Source of the DNA: Rebecca billardiae RCC1528
Taxonomy: Eukaryota > Protista > Haptophyta
Direction of reading: 5' to 3'
Assembly: GCA_965240325.2 (NCBI GenBank)
Contig: OZ251229.1
Location: 124,001 to 188,000 of the forward strand
DNA length: 64,000 bases
The number at the start of each line of letters is the position of its first letter. Position 1 is the first letter of the stretch. A model generated the notes under the pieces. The model was not told where the DNA came from, made no database searches, and worked only from the letters and a program-made list of their open reading frames with translations. The position numbers and the translations under genes are program-made. This document shows, piece by piece, positions 34,194 through 44,300 of this stretch.

Positions 34194-35127
34194 TGTCGTG
34201 CGCGAGGAATCCCGCGCCGCACTGCCGCGAGACGGCGAAGAGAATCCGCCGCCAGCGCAATAGTGACGAGATATGAGTTGAAAATATCTTGCGTCATCGT
34301 TTCCGCATCAATACGTTTTTACAGGGGGGTCCAGGTGAAGTTTCCCACTTTTGAAGGGAAGCCATGGCGGGCGTGAATGCCCGTCCCAACGCGATCCAAG
34401 GCGCGTGTGGCACGTCCGGGACCGGGGGGCATGCCACACGCCGGTCGGCGTCGCCGTACGAGCGCGTGTGCGTGAGTGACAGCTTCCCTTCAGACTTTTC
34501 GACCACTCTCACGTCCACGTCCACGCCCCCGTACGACCGGCGCGCGAGTGAGGTTGCGCATGGGAAGGATGGGCAGGTAGCGGCCAGGATCACCGTTCTG
34601 ACGGTCATACCGCCCTCTGGGGCATGCATTGCGAGGGTGCATGCCTGGCGAAGGTCCATCTGACCCTACAAGCCGTGGATCTGACGAGCAAGGTTGGCTG
34701 CGCGGTAGTCGTGCGACCCCCGTCCGACACGGCTGCCGTGCGAATACGTTTGGCGTGTGCGCGCCTGTCAACGGCAGGGTGATCAACGACCGGCATGGCT
34801 AGCAAGCTGATCAGGACTAGTAAGAACCTTGTCTGGGACCACGCCACGCCATTTGGCGACCTCACCACCGCTCAATGCCCGTCCAGAGGCACGGCCGTGC
34901 CGCACTACCTGGCCAGCCACCGCCAAAGTGGGGCCCACCATCTGGACCCCCCTGTAGGTTTCCGCGAGGGCGCGCGAGGCGGCTTCGAGTTTGTGACCCG
35001 CTTTGGCCTTGCGTTACGTGATTACGTTGATGACGGCGTTGTCGCTGCAAGACGTCGATCGGTTGATCATACTTGATTGGTGCCCGGCTGGCCCGTCGTA
35101 CAGTTTACTACATATATATAAGCAGAA

Positions 35128-35159
35128 TAAGAGACGCACACAGCTCAGGCAGGCGAGAT
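35128..35159. repeat. 32-bp dispersed motif, copy 3
   Basis: Identical to 7365-7396. Confidence 0.85.
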
Positions 35160-35577
35160 ACAGTAGTCACTCATCACGTCGTCAGTCCTCGGCCTGTCAT
35201 CAATACGGCTGCTGCTTGCCTGCAGCCCTGCTCAGTCACGACGAGGCCACGCAGCGCCATCACGGTCCCGCGGACACGCGGGACACGCCTGACACCGTCA
35301 CACCGTGGGACCCGCGCGGAGGGCAGACTCGGACGTGTCGAGGTGAGATCCGGACGGCCGCTCTGCCTCTGGCAGCGCTCGGCGCCTCGGCCGCTCTGCC
35401 GAGCGGCCTGCGGCGCTGACGCAATCAGAGCAGCAGCGCAGCCGACGCCGGAGCGCAGTGCCGTGAAGAGCGCGGCTGCGCATCTGCGCAGACATGGCAT
35501 GCGCGCGCCCACACGAGCGAGACGCCCTGGGCATGGGCATGGCTCGCCCACACCGCCGCCCCGCCGCGGCCTCGCAC

Positions 35578-37026
35578 TCAGCCGCCGGCGGCGCTCGGCC
35601 GGCGAGCTCGGCCCGCGCCCGGCTTGCGCGCGGGCTGCGGCGACACGCGTGACGCGGGGCGGCGGCCCGCGGCGCGCTGGCCCGCGGCGGAGCCAGCCGC
35701 GCCGCTGGGTACGCGGCTCGTGCGCGGCGCGCTCTTGGGCCGCGCCGCGCTCGCGGCGGCCCACTCGTCCGCCCCGCCCTCGCCGTCATGCGCCGCACGC
35801 GCCGCGCGGGCCGCGGGCGGCGCGTCCGCGGCCGGGCGTGTGCGGAGGGCACCGAGAGACTCGGAGGCGGCGGCTGCGTCGACCAGCTGGCCGAGCTCCC
35901 ACGCGTCGTCCCACCCCTCGTCCCACCCCTCCTCCCAGTCGTCCTCCCAGTCGTCGCCGTCCTCGCCCTCGCCCTCGCGCAGCCGCCCCAGCGCCAGCGC
36001 GTCGGTGTAGTCCGCCAGCAGCTGCGTGGGCGCGGGGCCGGCGTACACCACACCCGCGCCCGCGCCCGCGCCCGCGCGCGCGGCTGGGAAGGGGCCACCT
36101 CGCGCGGGCGCGGCGGCGGGCGCGGCGGAGGCGGCGGAGGGTGCGCGCGAGGGTGCGGCCGGGGGCGGGCGCGGGGCGGGCGCGGCCCCGGCGGACCGCT
36201 CGGTGACCACCTTGCGGTGCGCCCGCGCCACCGTCGGCGGGTGCGCGCGCGCGCCGCCCGCGCCCGCCTCCGCGCCACCGGCGGCACCGCGCGCGCGCGG
36301 CCCCGCCGCGCCGCGCAGCCCGGCCAGTGCACCCTCGACGTCGGCGCGCGTGAAGCCGTAGCGGTTGAGCTGGCGGAGCAGCGCCTTGCCCGTGCACCGG
36401 CCGAGCCCGAGCGCGTCGCACAGCGCGTGCCGCCGCGCCGCCGCGCCGCCGCCGCCATCGTCGTCGAACGCCGCCGCCACGCCCCACGCGCGCAGCAGCT
36501 CGGAGCTGAACTCGGCGCGCGCGCGCGCGGACGGGCGCGCGCGCTCGAGCGCGGCGAGGATGGCGGGCGCGGCGGCGTGCTGCACGCCCACGTCGCCCGC
36601 CGCCTTCCCAGCCGCGTCCGCGCTGCCGTCCGCCAGCGCCGCCGCGTCCAGCGTCGCCTGCGCGCGCGGCAGGAAGGCGTGGGCGCACGCGCCGCCGAGC
36701 AGGCTGTCGATCCGCGCGCGCAGCTCGAGGCCGGTGAGGTCGGGGTCGGTGAGGACGGTGGGGCGGGAGGCGCCCGCGCCGGCGCGCACGCGCGCGAGCA
36801 GCGCCTCGGCCGCGCCCGTCTTCTCGTCGAGCAGCCCCTTGCCGTTTGTGTGCACGACCACCGCGCCCGCGTGCGCGCGCTGCACCGCGCGCGCGTCCGC
36901 GGGGCCCTCGACGATGACGAAGGGCGCGGCGGCGCGGGCGGGGCGCGGCGGCGCGCCGCCGAGCGCCACGCCCGCGCCGCCGAGCAGCGCGAGCCCCAAC
37001 GCGAGTGCGCCCGCGGCTGCGCGCAT
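35578..37026 (-). CDS. rnmV: Ribonuclease M5-like Toprim protein with N-terminal signal peptide
   Basis: [27 protein letters not shown]...[25 protein letters not shown]; hydrophobic leader [17 protein letters not shown]. Confidence 0.8.
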   Translation of the reverse strand: MRAAAGALALGLALLGGAGVALGGAPPRPARAAAPFVIVEGPADARAVQRAHAGAVVVHTNGKGLLDEKTGAAEALLARVRAGAGASRPTVLTDPDLTGLELRARIDSLLGGACAHAFLPRAQATLDAAALADGSADAAGKAAGDVGVQHAAAPAILAALERARPSARARAEFSSELLRAWGVAAAFDDDGGGGAAARRHALCDALGLGRCTGKALLRQLNRYGFTRADVEGALAGLRGAAGPRARGAAGGAEAGAGGARAHPPTVARAHRKVVTERSAGAAPAPRPPPAAPSRAPSAASAAPAAAPARGGPFPAARAGAGAGAGVVYAGPAPTQLLADYTDALALGRLREGEGEDGDDWEDDWEEGWDEGWDDAWELGQLVDAAAASESLGALRTRPAADAPPAARAARAAHDGEGGADEWAAASAARPKSAPRTSRVPSGAAGSAAGQRAAGRRPASRVSPQPARKPGAGRARRPSAAGG

Positions 37027-37134
37027 CGTCCGCACGGCCGGCCACGAGGCAAAGGGGCGGCGTGGCCGCCTGGCGTCCAAGTCGCACGCAGGCCTTGTGG
37101 TGGAACTTGGAGACTGTTGCGCCCACCCGGCGCG

Positions 37135-38262
37135 ATGGCGGACGACGCCGGCCACTACGGCGTGCTGGGCGTGCCGCCCTCGGCGACGGACGTGGAGGTC
37201 CGTCGCGCGTACCGACGCCTCGCCTTCGAGCTCCACCCGGACCGCAACCCCTCGTCCGATGCGGCCGAGCGCTTCAAGCTCGTCTCCGCCGCGTACACGG
37301 CCCTCTCCGACCCGGCCGCGCGAGCGGCGTACGACGCGATCGGCCAGCCGAGCGCGACCTGCCCCTTCGCCGAGCACTTCGGCGGGAGGAGCCGCGTGCC
37401 GCCGCAGTTCCCGACGCGCGCGCTCTTCTCCTTCGCCGCCGAGACCGCCGCCGAGCTCTCCTTCGCCGTCGGCGAGCGCGTGCTCGTCGACTACGTCACG
37501 GCCGCGCCCGCGGGCTGGGTGCGCGGCTCTGTGGGCGGCGAGTGGGGCTGGGTGCCGCGCCGCGGCTTCCTCGCGCCGACCGACCCGCCCGCCGAGCGGC
37601 CGGGCGCGCCGAGCGCCGCCGACGCGCACGCGCCGCCCGCCGCCGCCGCCGCCGAGCCCGCGCGCGCCGAGCAGCACGCGCGCGCGCGCGAGGAGGAGCG
37701 CGCGCGCGCACGCGCCACCGTGCCGCTGCGGCCGCCCGCGGAGGCGGGGCCGGCGGAGGGCGGGCTGGGCGCGGCGGCGTGCGTCGTGCTCCTGCGGTGC
37801 GCGTCGTGCGCCGCGCCGAACCGCGCCCCGCTGCACGCGCGCGCCGCGCGCGTGCAGTGCGGCCAGTGCGGCGCGCGCAGCACCGTGCCCGCGCGGCTCG
37901 CGGCCGTGCGGCTGAGGTACGCGTGCGGCGGCGCGGGCTGCGCGCAGCCGTTCTACCTGGGCGACGAGGCGGCGGACGCGTCCGCGGGCGCGGTGACGGC
38001 GGAGGGCGAGGTCGCCGGGCAGGTCGTCGAGTGCCGCCGCTGCCGCACGCGCAACCGGCTGCCGGCGCCCGACGCCGTCCGCGCCCGCCTCGAGCTCAGC
38101 CGCGCGTCGCTCGCGCCGCCGCGGGACGGCTGCGGCGAGACGGCGGCGCCCGAGACGGCGGGGGCGCCGCCGCGCGCGCCGGCGCAAGCGGCCGCGATGG
38201 GGGCGCGCGGCGAGGCAGGAGCAGGGGGGGCGCAGCACTTTGCCGATGCCTGCGCGGTATGA
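37135..38262 (+). CDS. J-domain + SH3 + CxxC zinc-ribbon protein
   Basis: HYGVLGV...[14 protein letters not shown]; ALFSF.AE...ELSF..GE...GWVRG....WGWVP; CASC, CGQC, CGGAGC, CRRC. Confidence 0.85.
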   Translation: MADDAGHYGVLGVPPSATDVEVRRAYRRLAFELHPDRNPSSDAAERFKLVSAAYTALSDPAARAAYDAIGQPSATCPFAEHFGGRSRVPPQFPTRALFSFAAETAAELSFAVGERVLVDYVTAAPAGWVRGSVGGEWGWVPRRGFLAPTDPPAERPGAPSAADAHAPPAAAAAEPARAEQHARAREEERARARATVPLRPPAEAGPAEGGLGAAACVVLLRCASCAAPNRAPLHARAARVQCGQCGARSTVPARLAAVRLRYACGGAGCAQPFYLGDEAADASAGAVTAEGEVAGQVVECRRCRTRNRLPAPDAVRARLELSRASLAPPRDGCGETAAPETAGAPPRAPAQAAAMGARGEAGAGGAQHFADACAV

Positions 38263-38858
38263 TCCCGCGGCGGCACGCGCCCGACGCTTTGATTCCGAGG
38301 CGATGGCGATAAGGTCGGAGCAGTACGGCCGGTCCCGGCCCGTCCTGCGGTCAGCGGTGGAATGAGCGCCTCTGATGCTGAGTCTGCTGCCTGATGATCG
38401 ATAGCAGCAGTCCCTGGTGACGATACTGCTACTATACATCAGCGTGCGCAGTAAATATATATACTATATATACTACTCGACTCGTCTGAGTAGCAGCACG
38501 GCGTCGGCTTATAGCGCCATACTTACGGCGCAGTCACGGCACTCGGTCACTGAGTGAGTCTGAGTCGTCATCACTATAGTAGTCGGCAGCAGTTAACGAC
38601 CAGCAGCAGTCGATAAGACTACGAAGCCTACGTATAGTAGAATACACTATATATATATATACTGCTATGACGAGCTGTCCTGCTGCTGTCGCGTCTGTGA
38701 TCGACTACGCGACGATCGTCCAGTCCGCCGGTCCGCGGCTAATTGTAGTCCTTGATGAACGTCCCGGCTGCCTGCCGGCCTGAGGCCTGAGGCGGGCCCT
38801 GAGAGTGAGGCGGGCTTTCACCATCACCAGCTCAGCCACCACCACCATATCATGCTGC

Positions 38859-41052
38859 TCATTGCTTGCTGGGGCGATCGTCGCCATCGTCACCGTAGTC
38901 GCAGTCGTCGACGTGCATCGGCGGCCATGACGCTGCGCCACCGTGAGCGCGCGCTTCAACGCCGTCAGCATCGGCGGCGCGGCCGCTGCCCACCCGCTGC
39001 CGCTTGCCGCTGCTGCTCGCGACGACGGACGAGGGCGTCTTGGGGCTGGGGGCCGCCTGCAGCCCCTCGGCTGCTCGGCCCGCCCGCCCGCCCGCCGATT
39101 CGGCCGAGGAGCGTCGCGAGCGCCTCAGCACGCTCACCATGGTCTGCAGCGGGCCCGCCGCGTGCTCGTCGTCAGCTGCCGAGCTGCGCGCGCCGGCGGC
39201 GGCGGCGCGCTCCGCGTCGGCCCTCTGCCTGGCCATGTGCGCTGCGAGCATGAACGAGGACGCGCGCAGCTGCGCCCAGCGCACGGACGCGTCCGGCGGC
39301 GCCGGCGGCATCGTCAGCGTGCCATACGGCGTGATGAACGACGTGGCCTGCCGCGCGAGGTGGCGCGGGGGCAGGGCCGGCTCGGGCGCGCCGCCCGTCC
39401 GCTCGTCGGCTGGCTCGACCGCCGCTGCGCCGCTGCGCCCGCGCGCATGCGCGACGCCGCGCGCCCCTGCCGCCACCGCCGAGTACACGAGCGCGAGCGC
39501 GCCCACCGCGCCCACCGCTCCCTCGAACGAGAGCGCACTCGCCAGCAGCCCGCCCAGCACGGGGCCGAGCGCCAGCCTGCGCACAGCACGGCGCACAGCA
39601 CGGCGCAGCACGGCGCAGCACGGCGCAAACGGAGGGGGCGAGGGGGCGTGGGCGGTTGGGGCGCGGCGGGCGCGCCTGCGGACGCGCGCGCGCGCACCCG
39701 ATCTGCATCGCCATGTTGTTCAGCGTGACGACCGCCTCGAGCACGTCCGGCCGCGCGAGCAGAGGCGGCGGCACCGCCGCCCTCACCGCGGGCAGGCTGG
39801 GCGTGAGCGCCGTGGCCTGCCCCGCGCCCAGCGCGCACAGCAGCCCGAGGTAGAGGGACCACTGCGCGTGCACCGACGCGCGCGTGCCCGCGAGCGCGGG
39901 GCCGACGGCCGCCATCCCGAGCGCCGCGAGCCCGGCGAGGGCCAGCCCGAGCGTCATCATGTCCTGGAAGGCGCGCGGCGCGCCGTGAGGTGCTGTGCGC
40001 GCGCGCGTGGCGCAGCAGCCGCCCCAGCGGTCGGCCGCCCAGCCCGCCGCGGGCGAGGTGAGCGCGTACGCGGCGGAGTACAGCCCGTACGTCACGCCGC
40101 AGCGCAGCTCGTCCAGCCCGATGCGCAGCAGGTGCAGGATCAGGATGCCGTTCAGCACGCCGAAGATCGCCATGGCCAGCGCGATCCCCCCCAGCGCCAG
40201 CCACAGCGCGCCACTCGACAGGCCGCGCGGGAGGCACGCGCGCGGCCGCTCGGCCGCACGCGCGCCGTCGGCGGGCTCGGCGCGCTCGGCGAGCGCGGCG
40301 CGCGGGCTGGCCACCACGAGCGTGCCCCGCATGAAATCGGCCGCCGCCGCCGCCTCCTCACGCGCCGCCCTGGCCGTGCGCGCGTCGATGGCGCGCTGGC
40401 GCGACGCGGCCGCGCCCACGAGCGGACTGATCGCGCACACGAGCGCGGCGCCCGCGAGCAGAGGCAGCGCGAAGCCGCCGAGGAGGTAGAGCGCGGCGCC
40501 GAGCATGGGCGCGGCGGTGGCGGCGACGCCGATCGTCACCTCGTTCAGCCCCATCACCGTGCCCAGCCGCGCGCTGAACTCGGTGAGCACGATGGCGAAC
40601 GAGGCGTTGTTGGCGCAGACCGCGCCCAGCCCCTGCGTCGCGCGCGCGCCCAGCAGCAGCAGCACGGTGGGGAGGCCGGCGTGGGCCGGCGTGGGCGCGC
40701 CGGCGGCGCCGAGCGCTGGGGCCAGCGCGAAGACGACCGTGCCGGCGCACATGAGCACCAGCCCGGCGGCGAGCAGCGGGTACCGCCCCAGCCGCGCCGC
40801 CGCGCCCTTTGCCACCGGCCCGCCGATCAGCATGGCCGCCGGGAAGCTGGACATGAGGCCGCCCACCACCAGGTCGGCGGAGGCAAAGGCGAGGTCGAGG
40901 CGCGCCACGGCTCGCGGGAGGATGGGCACGGCTATGCCGATCAGCGCGATCGTCGCGAACGAGACGGCGCACATGAGCGCGACCAGCTCGGGCCGGCTCG
41001 GCTCGCGCGCCGCCAGGGGCGCCGGCTTGCCGGCAGGGCGAGCGTCACTCAT
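38859..41052 (-). CDS. MFS transporter (intron 39697-39577)
   Basis: About 12 hydrophobic helices; AARLGRYP, ARATQGLG, PMLG..LY..GG, GWAADRWG. Confidence 0.85.
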
Positions 41053-41391
41053 CGACGTGGGCGACGCGCCGGCGGGAGTGCCGCCCGCGGTGCGCTGTGC
41101 CGTGCCGAGCGCGCGGCGCCCTCGGCCGAAGGTGCCACCACGCGCGCTCCCCGCGCGACGCGCCTCACGCGCGCCGTTCGTGGCTTGGGATGATTATTGA
41201 TTGATTGCCCGTTTGATCCAAGATGCGCAGGGGATTGATTCCTTGGCGAATCTTCATCCAAACTTCGTTCATTACTTACTTACTGGACGCATACAATCAT
41301 GTACCAGCGGAATCCGGTCGGGGAAGGCGCTCCACACGCGTGGGCCAACCGTCGTCGGCCCGAGCTGGCCACAAACGTCGCCGCGCGTCCG

Positions 41392-44300
41392 ATGTGGCCG
41401 CCCGCGGACCACAGCGCGTTCATCCGCTACATCTGCACGGGCGGGCGCGCGGAGGTGCGGCACTACGCGCACGCGGTCGAGCTGCGCGCGCTGCACGAGG
41501 AGGCCGCGGCGCACACCGCCGTCGTGCTCGTGTGGACCGGCGCGTGGCAGCTCGAGCTCGAGGGCCGCGCGGCGCGGCGCGTGGGCGAGGGCGAGCTGCT
41601 GTGCGGCTTTGCGCCCTTCTTCGCGCACGTGACGGGGCGCGCGCCGAGCGCGGCGGGCGGGGACGAGCGGCACATGCGCGCGCTCCTCGATCGCGCGACG
41701 TGCACCGTCGCCGGCGGCGGCAGCCTGCTCCTCGTCCGCGCCTCCGACTTTGCCGAGGACCTTCACGACACGCCGGCCGCGATGGGCTGCCTGCTGCACC
41801 TGCTGCGCGCGAGCACGGCGGGCGCGGCGCACCTGAAGGCGTGCCTCTTCGCCGACGCGGCGCACCCCATCGCCACCGCCGCCGAGCCGCCCGCGCCCGC
41901 CGCGCACGACGGTGCGGAGGAGGCGTCGGCGCGCGCGGCGCACGCTCTCGCTCGAGCGATGCGCCTCGACGGCGGCGCGGCTGCCGCGCCGAGCGCCGTG
42001 GCGCAGGCGCCCGCGGAGGACGGCGCGGAGCGGCCGCTCGGTGAGGAGCTGATCGACGCGCCCGTGCTCCTCGCGCGCGGCCGCGGCGCGCTCTACCTCT
42101 CCGCGGGCAGCGCGCGCGTGCGCGCGTTCCCGCCGCAGCGGCCGCAGCACGCGCGGCAGAGCGCCCACCACTACTTCCTCGCCGACACGCCCGCGCTGCT
42201 GCAGGAGGAGGAGGAGGCGGCGGCGGCGGCGGACGGCGGCGCGGAGGACGACGCGCCCGTGCCGAGCGCGAGCGGCTCGCGCGCCGGCGCGTGCACGTAC
42301 GGCCCCGCCGAGCTCGTCGGCGCGGACGCGCTGCTCCACGGGCTGCCGATCGGCGCGTCCATCGAGCCCGCGCACGGCGTCGCGCGCGCGCTGTGGGTGC
42401 GGCCGGCGGACGTGGAGGCGCTGGCGGCGCACGCGCCCGCGCGCGCGGCGCGGCTGGCCGCGCTCCTCGACGACAGCGCGCGCGCCGCCTTCGCCCGCCT
42501 CGGCTTCGACTACCTCCTGCGCCCGCGCGACGCGCTCTCTCGGCTGGGCACGGCGCGCTCGGCCGAGCTCGTGCGGCTGCCTCGGGGCGCGCTGCTCTTC
42601 GAGCGCGGCACGCCGGCGGACGGGCTGCACCTGCTGCTCGAGGGGACGCTCGACGTGCTGAGCGCGGCGCACGACGCGGCGGGGCGGGCGGTCGTCACGG
42701 ACACCGTCTCCTCCGACCCCTTCGCCTCGGTGCACCCCGTGATCGGCGAGATCTCGTTTGTGTCGGGCGAGGCGCGCTCGCGCGCGCTGCGCGGCGCGAC
42801 CGCGTGCACGCTGGTCTGGGTGTCCGCGGCGTGCGCGTGGGCGCTGCTGCAGTCGCACCCGGCGCAGATGAAGCGGCTGATCTTCAAGTCGTTCATGCCG
42901 CGCGTCAAGATCATGTACGTGCTCAGCCGACTCCTCCCGACCTCGTCCGACCTGTTCGCGCCGCGGCCGCTCGCCGAGGGCGAGGGCGAGGGCGACGAGG
43001 CGGAGGAGGGCGCGGCCGGCGCGGCCGGCGCGGCCGGCGTGCTCGGCTCGGGCACGCTGCCCCGCCGGCTGCAGCTCATGAGCGGGCGGGGCCTGCCCAC
43101 GCCCCCACGCCGCCGCCGCGTGCTGGGCGGCGCCCCCAGCCCCGCCCACTCGCCCGCCCGGCCGCGCCGCTTCCAAACATCCGCCGCGGCCGCCGCGGGG
43201 TCGCCGCCCTCGGCGCACGGCTGGGCCTGCGCCTCGCCCCACCCCTCGCACCCCGACGTCCGGCCCCGCTTCGACGCGCCCGACGAGCCGCCCGGCGGCG
43301 GCGTGCCCGCGCTGCCCGCGCCCTCGCCGAGCCCGCTCACGCGCAGCGCGCTCGCCGCCGCCTCGCACGCCGGCAGCGAGACGCAGCGCTCGGTCGGCTT
43401 CTCGGCGCGCTCCACGCTCGGCGCGGGCGCGGGCACGCCCGCGGCGGGCGCGCGCGCGTTCGCGCGCTTCGGCGCGGGCGGCGGGCTCGGCGGGCGGGCG
43501 GCGGAGGGCGGCGGCGGCGGCGCGGCGGCCGCGCCGGCGGGCGGGCGGCGCGGCCGCGCGCGCCGGCACATCGCGCGGCTGCTGCGCCGCGCGCGCACGC
43601 TGCTGGTCTGGGCGCGCGCGGCGCTGCACGCGCAGCTCGCGCAGCGGCTCACGCGCGTCTCGGCGCCCGCGCTGCACGCGCTGGCTGACGGCTTCGGGCT
43701 GGTGCTGTACAGGCCGGGGGCGCGCGTGCACGAGCGCGGCGCGCCGTGCGACGCGATGCGCTGCGTGCTGCAGGGCGCGCTCAGCCTCTACGCAGCGGGC
43801 GAGGCCGAGCTGCCCGGCGCGGACGACGGCGGCGGCGGCGGCGCCGTGCCGGAGCCGGTCGCGTACGCCTCGCCCGGCGCGCTGCACGACATTGGCGCGG
43901 TGCTCTTCCCGGGGCACGACCACGTCTTCTCGGCGCGCGCGGCGAGCGCGCCCGCGCCGCCGGAGCTCGCGCGCGCGCGCAGCGGCGCGTCCTCGGCCGC
44001 CGCCGGCGGCCGCGCGCGCTCGTCCCTCTCCTCCGCCTGCGTCCTCGCCTCGCTGTCCGCCGAGGCGTACAGGCGGCTGGCGGGCGCGCTGCCCGCGCTC
44101 GAGCTGGCGCTGCTGCGCGAGCTGGTGCGCATGCACCGCTCGACGTTCGCGCTGCTGGCGGACTTTGAGATGCGCACGCTCGCGCCGGGGGAGCTGCTGT
44201 ACGCGCGTGGGGAGCGCGTCGGCGCGATCCACCTCGTGTGCTCGGGCCGCGTGGAGAAGCGCCCGCCGGTGGGCGAGGCGGCGGAGGCGGAGGAAGCGGC

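Noticed and set aside
35788-38262. 824-aa ORF as one protein (and the 953-aa ORF opposite)
   Set aside because: Real starts are 37135 (+) and 37026 (-); the upstream parts are antisense to the neighbouring gene.
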